From contig CAXIUT010000183.1 in NCBI GenBank assembly GCA_964035545.1, forward strand, positions 1,426,001 to 1,490,000: a stretch of DNA of 64,000 nt, written 5' to 3'. Origin of the DNA: Bugula neritina (lineage: Eukaryota > Animalia > Bryozoa). Of this stretch, positions 50,501-61,740 are shown one piece after another; position 1 is the first letter of the stretch; the number at the start of each line of letters is the position of its first letter. A model generated the notes under the pieces. It saw only the letters and a program-made list of their open reading frames with translations. It was not told the DNA's origin and ran no database searches. Both the position numbers and the translations under genes were made by a program.

Positions 50501-51926
50501 TGTAACGCATTGAAAAGTACTGCAACATACTGAAATATATTGCGACACATTGCAATAAACTGTAACATACTGAAAAATGCTGTAGCACACTGAAATACAC
50601 TGCCATTCACTGAAATATACTGCAACATACTGAAATACACCGCAACATCCTACAACATACTGAAATACACTGTAACATATTGAAATACACTGCAACACAT
50701 TGAAATATACTGCAACATAACGAAATATATGGTAAACTACTGAAATATATTTTAACACATCGAAAAATACTGCAACATACTGAAATAGATTTTAACACAT
50801 TGAAAAATACTGCAACATACTGAAATATACTGTAACACACTGAAGTACACTGCAACTCACTGAAATATACTGCAATATACTGAAATACACTGCAACATCC
50901 TACAAAATGCTGAAATACACTGTAACATATTGAAATATACTGCGACACCTAGCAATATACTGTAACATACTGAAATATGCTCTAGCACACTGAAATACAA
51001 TGTAACTCACTGAAATATACTGCAACATACTGAAATACACTGCAACATCCTACAACATGCTGAAATACACTGTAACATATTGAAATACACTGCAACACTT
51101 TGAAATATACTGCAACATACCGAAATATATGGTAAACTACTGCAACACACTACAACATATTGAAATACACTGCAACACATTGAAATATACTGCAACATAC
51201 CTAAATATACGGTAATATACTGAAATATACTGTAACACACCGAAATATACTGCAACATACTGAAATACACTGTAACATACTGAAATATACTGCAACATAC
51301 TGAAATACACTGCTACATACTGAAATATACTGCAACATACTGAAATATACTGTAACACACTGAAGTACACTGCAACTCACTGAAATATACTGCATTATAC
51401 TGAAATACACTGCAACATCCTACAAAATGCTGAAATACACTGTAACATATTGTAATACACTGCAACACATTGAAATATACTGCAACATACCGAAATATAT
51501 GGTAAACTACTGAAATATACTGTAACACATTGAAAAAAACTGACATACTGAAATATACTGCGACACCTAGCAATATACTGTAACATACTGAAATATGCTC
51601 TAGCACACTGAAATACAATGCAACTCACTGAAATATACTGCAACATACTGAAATACACTGCAACATCCTACAACATGCTGAAATACACTGTAACATATTG
51701 AAATACACTGCAACACTTTGAAATATACTGCAACATACCGAAATATATGGTAAACAACTGCAACACACTACAACATATTGAATTACACTGCAACACATTG
51801 AAATATACTGCAACATGCCTAAATTTACGGTAATATAATGAAATATACTGTAACACACCGAAATATACTGCAACATACTGAAATACACTGTAACATACTG
51901 AAATATACTGCAACATACTGAAATAC
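46595..51926. repeat. 2666-bp tandem duplication
   Basis: ORF offsets 46659/49325, 47202/49868, 48341/51007 and 48959/51625 are all 2666. Shared TTGAATTAC variant (49112, 51778). Confidence 0.92.
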
Positions 51927-54199
51927 ACTGCTACATACTGAAATATACTGCAACATACTGCAACATACTGAAATACACTGTAACATAATGAAATAAACTG
52001 CAACATACTACAACATATTGAAATACACTGCAACACATTGAAATATACTGCAACATACCTAAATATACTGTAACACATTGAAAAAACTGCAACATACTGA
52101 AATACACTGCAACACACTGAAATACACCGCAAAATACTACAACATACTGAAATACACTGTAACATATTGAAATCCAGTGCAACACATTGAAATATACTGC
52201 AACATACCGAAGTATATGGTAAACTAATGAAATATACTGTAACACATTGAAAAATACCGCAACATACTGAAATATACTGCGACACATTGCAATATACTGT
52301 AACATACTGAAATATGCTGTAGCACACTGAAATACACTGCAACATCCTACAACATACTGAAATACACTGTAACATATTGAAATACACTGCAAGAAATTGA
52401 AATAGACTGCAACACAACAAAATATATGGTAAACTACTGAAATAGACTTTAACACATTGAAAAATACTGCAACATACAGAAATATACTGTAACACACTGA
52501 AATATACTGCAACATACTGAAATACACTGTAACATACTGAAATATACTGCAACATACTGAAATACACTGCTACATACTGAAATATACTGCAACATACTGC
52601 AACATGCTGCAACATACTGAAATACGCTGTAACATACTGAAATACACTGCAACATACTACAACATATTGAAATACACTGCAACACATTGAAATGTACTGC
52701 AACATACCGAAATATACGGTAATATACTGAAATATACTGTAACACATTGAAAAATACTGCAACATACTGAAATACACTGCAACACACTGAAACACACCGC
52801 AAAAAACTACAACATACTGAAATACACTGTAACATATTAAAACATACTGCAACATACTGCAACATACTGAAATACACTGCAACACACTGAAATATACCGC
52901 AAAATACTACAACATACTGAAATACACTGTAACATATTGAAATACACTGCAACACATTGAAATATACTGCAACATACCGAAATATATGGTTAACTAATGA
53001 AATATACTGTAACACATTGAAAAATACCGCAACATACTGAAATATACTGCGACACATTGCAATATATTGTAACATACTGAAATATGCTGTAGCACACTGA
53101 AATACACTGCAACATCCTACAACATACTGAAATACACTGTAACATATTGAAATACACTGCAACACATTGAAATATACTGCAACATAACAAAATATATGGT
53201 AAACTACTGAAATAGACTTTAACACATTGAAAAATACTGCAACATACTGAAATATACTGTCCCACACTGAAGTATACTGCAACATACTGAAAAATGCTGT
53301 AGCACACTGAAATATACTGCAATTCACTGAAATATACTGCAACATACTGACATACACCGCAACATCCTACAACATACTGAAATACTTTGTAACATATTGA
53401 AATACACTGCAACACATTGAAATATACTGCAACATAACGAACTATATGGTAACCTACTGAAATATATTTTAACACATTGAAAAATACTGCAACATACTGA
53501 AATATATTTTAACACATTGAAAAATACTGCAACATACTGAAATATACTGTAACACACCGAAATATACTGCAACATACTGAAATACACTGTAACATACTGA
53601 AATATACTGCAACATACTGAAATACACTGCTACATACTGCAACATACTGCAACATACTGCAACATACTGAAATACACTGCAACATACTACAACATACTGA
53701 AATACGCTGCAACACATTGAAATATACTGCAACATACCTAAATATACGGTAACATACCGAAATATACTGTAACGCATTGCAAAATACTGCAACATACTGA
53801 AATACACTGCGACACACTGAAATACGCTGCAAAATACTGCAACATACTGAAATAAACTGTAACACATTGAAATACACTGCAATACATTGAAAAATAATGC
53901 AATATACTGATATATACTGTAACACACTGAAATATACTGCAACATACTGAAATACACTGTAACATACTGAAATATACTGTAACATACTGCAACATACTGA
54001 AATACACTGTAACATACTGAGATACACTGCCGCATACTGCAACATATTGAACTACACTGCAACACATTGAAATATACTGCAACATGCCTAAATTTACGGT
54101 AATATAATGAAATATACTGTAACACACCGAAATATACTGCAACATACTGAAATACACTGTAACATACTGAAATATACTGCAACATACTGAAATACACTG
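49325..54199. repeat. 4875-bp base HOR unit of the central subfamily (unrearranged copy)
   Basis: The same 88-aa ORF occurs at 49325..49591 and 54200..54466 (offset 4875). Other central-domain offsets equal 4875 plus internal duplications. Confidence 0.82.
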
Positions 54200-57100
54200 C
54201 TACATACTGAAGTATACTGCAACATACTGAAATACACTGAAATACACTGTAACATAATGAAATAAACTGCAACATACTACAACATATTGAAATACGCTGC
54301 AACACATTGAGATATACTGCAACATACCTAAATATACGGTAATATACTGAAATATACTGTAACACATTGAAAAAACTGCAACATACTGAAATACACTGCA
54401 ACACACTGAAATACACCGCAAAACACTACAACATACTGAAATACTTTGTAACATATTGAAATACACTGCAACATACTACCACATATTGAAATACACTGCA
54501 ACACATTGAAATGTACTGCAACATACCGAAATATATGGTAAACTACTAAAATATAATGTAACACATTGAAAAATACTGCAACATACTGAAATATACTGCG
54601 ACACCTAGCAATATACTGTAACATACTGAAATATGCTCTAGCACACTGAAATACAATGCAACTTACTGAAATATACTGCAACATATTGAAATACACTGCA
54701 ACACTTTGAAATATACTGCAACATACCGAAATATATGGTAAACTACTGCAACATACTACAACATACTGAAATACACTGCAACACATGGAAATATACTGCA
54801 ACACATTGAAATGTACTGCAACATACCGAAATATATGGTAATCTACTAAAATATACTGTAACATATTGAAAAATACTGCAACATACTGAAATATACTGCG
54901 ACACCTAGCAATAAACTGTAACATACTGAAAAATGCTGTAGCACACTGAAATACACTGCCATTCACTGAAATATACTGCAACATACTGAAATACACCGCA
55001 ACATCCTACAACATACTGAAATACACTGTAACATATTGAAATACACCGCAACACATTGAAATATACTGCAACATAATGAAATATATGGTAAACTACTGAA
55101 ATATATTTTAACACATCGAAAAATACTGCAACATACTGAAATATATTTTAACACATTGAAAAATACTGCAATATACTGAAATACACTGCAACATTCTACA
55201 AAATGCTGAAATACACTGTAACATATTGAAATATACTGCGACACCTAGCAATATACTGTAACATACTGAAATATGCTCTAGCACACTGAAATACAATGTA
55301 ACTCACTGAAATATACTGCAACATACTGAAATACACTGCAACATCCTACAACATGCTGAAATACACTGTAACATATTGAAATACACTGCAACACTTTGAA
55401 ATATACTGCAACATACCGAAATATATTATGGTAAACTACTGCAACACACTACAACATATTGAAATACACTGCAACACATTGAAATATACTGCAACATACC
55501 TAAATATACGGTAATATACTGAAATATACTGTAACACACCAAAATATACTGCAACATACTGAAATACACTGTAACATACTGAAATATACTGCAACATACT
55601 GAAATACACTGCTACATACTGAAATATACTGCAACATACTGAAATATACTGTAACACACTGAAGTACACTGCAACTCACTGAAATATACTGCAATATACT
55701 GAAATACACTGCAGCATCCTACAAAATGCTGAAATACACTGTAACATATTGAAATACACTGCAACACATTGAAATATACTGCAACATACCGAAATATATG
55801 GTAAACTACTGAAATATACTGTAACACATTGAAAAAACTGATATACTGAAATATACTGCGACACCTAGCAATATACGGTAACATACTGAAATATGCTCTA
55901 GCACACTGAAATACAATGCAACTCACTGAAATATACTGCAACATACTGAAATACACTGCAACACACTGAAATACACCGCAAAATACTACAACATACTGAA
56001 ATACACTGTAACATATTGAAATCCAGTGCAACACATTGAAATATACTGCAACATACCGAAGTATATGGTAAACTAATGAAATATACTGTAACACATTGAA
56101 AAATACCGCAACATACTGAAATATACTGCGACACATTGCAATATACTGTAACATACTGAAATATGCTGTAGCACACTGAAATACACTGCAACATCCTACA
56201 ACATACTGAAATACACTGTAACATATTGAAATACACTGCAAGAAATTGAAATAGACTGCAACACAACAAAATATATGGTAAACTACTGAAATAGACTTTA
56301 ACACATTGAAAAATACTGCAACATACAGAAATATACTGTAACACACTGAAATATACTGCAACATACTGGAATACACTGTAACATACTGAAATATACTGCA
56401 ACATACTGAAATACACTGCTACATACTGAAGTATACTGCAACATACTGCAACATGCTGCAACATACTGAAATATACTGTAACACACTGAAGTACACTGCA
56501 ACTCACTGAAATATACTGCAATATACTGAAATACACTGCAGCATCCTACAAAATGCTGAAATACGCTGTAACATACTGAAATACACTGCAACATACTACA
56601 ACACATTGAAATACACTGCAACACATTGAAATGTACTGCAACATACCGAAATATACGGTATTATACTGAAATATACTGTAACACATTGAAAAATACTGCA
56701 ACATACTGAAATACACTGCAACACACTGAAACACACCGCAAAAAACTACAACATACTGAAATACACTGTAACATATTAAAACATACTGCAACATACTGCA
56801 ACATACTGAAATACACTGCAACACACTGAAATATACCGCAAAATACTACAACATACTGAAATACACTGTAACATATTGAAATACACTGCAACACATTGAA
56901 ATATACTGCAACATACCGAAATATATGGTAAACTAATGAAATATACTGTAACACATTGAAAAATACCGCAACATACTGAAATATACTGCGACACATTGCA
57001 ATATATTGTAACATACTGAAATATGCTGTAGCACACTGAAATACACTGCAACATCCTACAACATACTGAAATACACTGTAACATATTGAAATACACTGCA

Positions 57101-57240
57101 ACACATTGAAATATACTGCAACATAACAAAATATATGGTAAACTACTGAAATAGACTTTAACACATTGAAAAATACTGCAACATACTGAAATATACTGTC
57201 CCACACTGAAGTATACTGCAACATACTGAAATACACTGTA

Positions 57241-60200
57241 ACATACTGAAATATACTGCAACATACTGAAATACACTGCTACATACTGAAATATACTGCA
57301 ACGTACTGCAACATACTCCAGCATACTGAAATACACTGTAACATAATGAAATACACTGCAACATACTACCACATATTGAAATACACTGCAACACATTGAA
57401 ATGTACTGCAACATACCGAAATAAATGGTAAACTACTAAAATATACTGTAACATATTGAAAAATACTGCAACATACTCAAATATACTGCGACACCTAGCA
57501 ATAAACTGTAACATACTGAAAAATGCTGTAGCACACTGAAATACACTGCCATTCACTGAAATATACTGCAACATACTGAAATACACCGCAACATCCTACA
57601 ACATACTGAAATACACTGTAACATATTGAAATACACCGCAACACATTGAAATATACTGCAACATAATGAAATATATGGTAAACTACTGAAATATATTTTA
57701 ACACATCGAAAAATACTGCAACATACTGAAATATATTTTAACACATTGAAAAATACTGCAACATACTGAAATATACTGTAACACACTGAAGTACACTGCA
57801 ACTCACTGAAATATACTGCAATATACTGAAATACACTGCAACATTCTACAAAATGCTGAAATACACTGTAACATATTGAAATATACTGCGACACCTAGCA
57901 ATATACTGTAACATGCTGAAATATGCTCTAGCACACTGAAATACAATGTAACTCACTGAAATATACTGCAACATACTGAAATACACTGCAACATCCTACA
58001 ACATGCTGAAATACACTGTAACATATTGAAATACACTGCAACACTTTGAAATATACTGCAGCATACCGAAATATATTATGGTAAACTACTGCAACACACT
58101 ACAACATATTGAAATACACTGCAACACATTGAAATATACTGCAACATACCTAAATATACGGTAATATACTGAAATATACTGTAACACACCAAAATATACT
58201 GCAACATACTGAAATACACTGTAACATACTGAAATACACTGCAACATACTGAAATACACTGCTACATACTGAAATATACTGCAACATACTGAAATATACT
58301 GTAACACACTGAAGTACACTGCAACTCACTGAAATATACTGCAATATACTGAAATACACTGCAGCATCCCACAAAATGCTGAAATACACTGTAACATATT
58401 GAAATACACTGCAACACATTGAAATATACTGCAACATACCGAAATATATGGTAAACTACTGAAATATACTGTAACACATTGAAAAAAACTGATATACTGA
58501 AATATACTGCGACACCTAGCAATATACTGTAACATACTGAAATATGCTCTAGCACACTGAAATACAATGCAACTCACTGAAATATACTGCAACATACTGA
58601 AATGCACTGCAACATCCTACAACATGCTGAAATACACTGTAACATATTGAAATACACTGCAACACTTTGAAATATACTGCAACATACCGAAATATAAGGT
58701 AAACTACTGCAACACACTACAACATATTGAAATACACTGCAACACATTGAAATATACTGCAACATGCCTAAATTTATGGTAATATAATGAAATATACTGT
58801 AACACACCGAAATATACTGCAACATACTGAAATACACTGTAACATACTGAAATATACTGCAACATACTGAAATACACTGCTACATACTGAAATATACTGC
58901 AACATACTGCAACATACTGAAATACACTGTAACATAATGAAATAAACTGCAACATACTACAACATATTGAAATACACTGCAACACATTGAATTATACTGC
59001 AACATACCTAAATATACTGTAACACATTGAAAAAACTGCAACATACTGAAATACACTGCAACACACTGAAATACACCGCAAAATACTACAACATACTGAA
59101 ATACACTGTAACATACTGAAATATACTGCAACATACTGACATACACTGCTACATACTGAAATATACTGCAACGTACTGCAACATACTCCAGCATACTGAA
59201 ATACACTGTAACATACTGAAATACACTGCAACATACTACCACATATTGAAATACACTGCAACACATTGAAATGTACTGCAACATACCGAAATATATGGTA
59301 AACTACTAAAATATACTGTAACATATTGAAAAATACTGCAACATACTGAAATATACTGCGACACCTAGCAATAAACTGTAACATACTGAAAAATGCTGTA
59401 GCACACTGAAATACACTGCCATTCACTGAAATATACTGCAACATACTGAAATACACCGCAACATCCTACAACATACTGAAATACACTGTAACATATTGAA
59501 ATACACCGCAACACATTGAAATATACTGCAACATAACGAAATATATGGTAAACTACTGAAATATATTTTAACACATCGAAAAATACTGCAACATACTGAA
59601 ATATATTTGAACACATTGAAAAATACTGCAACATACTGAAATATACTGTAACACACTGAAGTACACTGCAACTCACTGAAATATACTGCAATATACTGAA
59701 ATACACTGCAACATTCTACAAAATGCTAAATACACTGTAACATATTGAAATATACTGCGACACCTAGCAATATACTGTAACATACTGAAATATGCTCTAG
59801 CACACTGAAATACAATGTAACTTACTGAAATATACTGCAACATACTGAAATACACTGCAACATCCTACAACATGCTGAAATACACTGTAACATATTGAAA
59901 TACACTGCAACACTTTGAAATATACTGCAACATACCGAAATATATGGTAAACTACTGCAACACACTACAACATATTGAAATACACTGCAACACATTGAAA
60001 TATACTGCAACATACCTAAATATACGGTAATATACTGAAATATACTGTAACACACCAATATATACTGCAACATACTGAAATACACTGTAACATACTGAAA
60101 TATACTGCAACATACTGAAATACACTGCTACATACTGAAATATACTGCAACATACTGAAATATGCTGTAACACACTGAAGTACACTGCAACTCACTGAAA

Positions 60201-60980
60201 TATACTGCAATATACTGAAATACACTGCAACATCCTACAAAATGCTGAAATACACTGTAACATATTGAAATACACTGCAACACATTGAAATATACTGCAA
60301 CATACCGAAATATATGGTAAACTACTGAAATATACTGTAACACATTGAAAAAAACTGATATACTGAAATATACTGCGACACCTAGCAATATACTGTAACA
60401 TACTGAAATATGCTCTAGCACACTAAAATACAATGCAACTCACTGAAATATACTGCAACATACTGAAATGCACTGCAACATCCTACAACATGCTGAAATA
60501 CACTGTAACATATTGAAATACACTGCAAGACTTTGAAATATACTGCAACATACCGAAATATATGGTAAACTACTGCAACACACTACAACATATTGAAATA
60601 CACTGCAACACATTGAAATATACTGCAACATGCCTAAATTTACGGTAATATAATGAAATATACTGTAACACACCGAAATATACTGCAACATACTGAAATA
60701 CACTGTAACATACTGAAATATACTGCAACATACTGAAATACACTGCTACATACTGAAATATACTGCAACATACTGCAACATACTGAAATACACTGTAACA
60801 TAATGAAATAAACTGCAACATACTACAACATATTGAAATACACTGCAACACATTGAATTATACTGCAACATACCTAAATATACTGTAACACATTGAAAAA
60901 ACTGCAACATACTGAAATACACTGCAACACACTGAAATACACCGCAAAATACTACAACATACTGAAATACACTGTAACAT
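57241..60980. repeat. ~1870-bp diverged tandem repeat (offset 1870 falling to 1866)
   Basis: ACGTACTGCA at 57301/59171. ORF offsets 57553/59423 = 1870 and 58086/59952 = 1866. The copies differ at several sites, including the +3 insertion. Confidence 0.8.
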
Positions 60981-61740
60981 ATTGAAATCCAGTGCAACAT
61001 ATTGAAATATACTGCAACATACCGAAGTATATGGTAAACCAATGAAATATACTGTAACACATTGAAAAATACCGCAACATACTGAAATATACTGCGACAC
61101 ATTGCAATATACTGTAACATACTGAAATATGCTGTAGCACACTGAAATACACTGCAACATCCTACAACATACTGAAATACACTGTAACATATTGAAATAC
61201 ACTGCAAGAAATTGAAATAGACTGCAACACAACAAAATATATGGTAAACTACTGAAATAGACTTTAACACATTGAAAAATACTGCAACATACAGAAATAT
61301 ACTGTAGCACACTGAAATATACTGCAACATACTGAAATACACTGCAACACACTGAAATATACCGCAAAATACTACAACATACTGAAATACACTGTACCAT
61401 ATTGAAATACACTGCAACACATTGAAATATACTGCAACATACCGAAATATATGGTAAACTAATGAAATATACTGTAACACATTGAAAAATACCGCAACAT
61501 ACTGAAATATACTGCGACACATTGCAATATACTGTAACATACTGAAGTATGCTGTAGCACACTGAAATACACTGCAACATCCTACAACATACTGAAATAC
61601 ACTGTAACATATTGAAATACACTGCAACACATTGAAATATACTGCAACATAACAAAATATATGGTAAACTACTGAAATAGACTTCAACACATTGAAAAAT
61701 ACTGCAACATACTGAAATATACTGTCCCACACTGAAGTAT
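60901..61740. repeat. Two adjacent diverged ~420-bp modules
   Basis: ACCGCAAAAT-ACTACAACAT at 60941/61361, ACCGCAACAT at 61071/61491 and AACAAAATAT at 61231/61651 are all 420 apart. Confidence 0.78.

Noticed and set aside
41932-54466. The 9999-bp offset as a sign of synthetic or tiled sequence
   Set aside because: It decomposes exactly into 4875 + 2458 + 2666, and the copies carry small differences, so the near-round number is coincidental.
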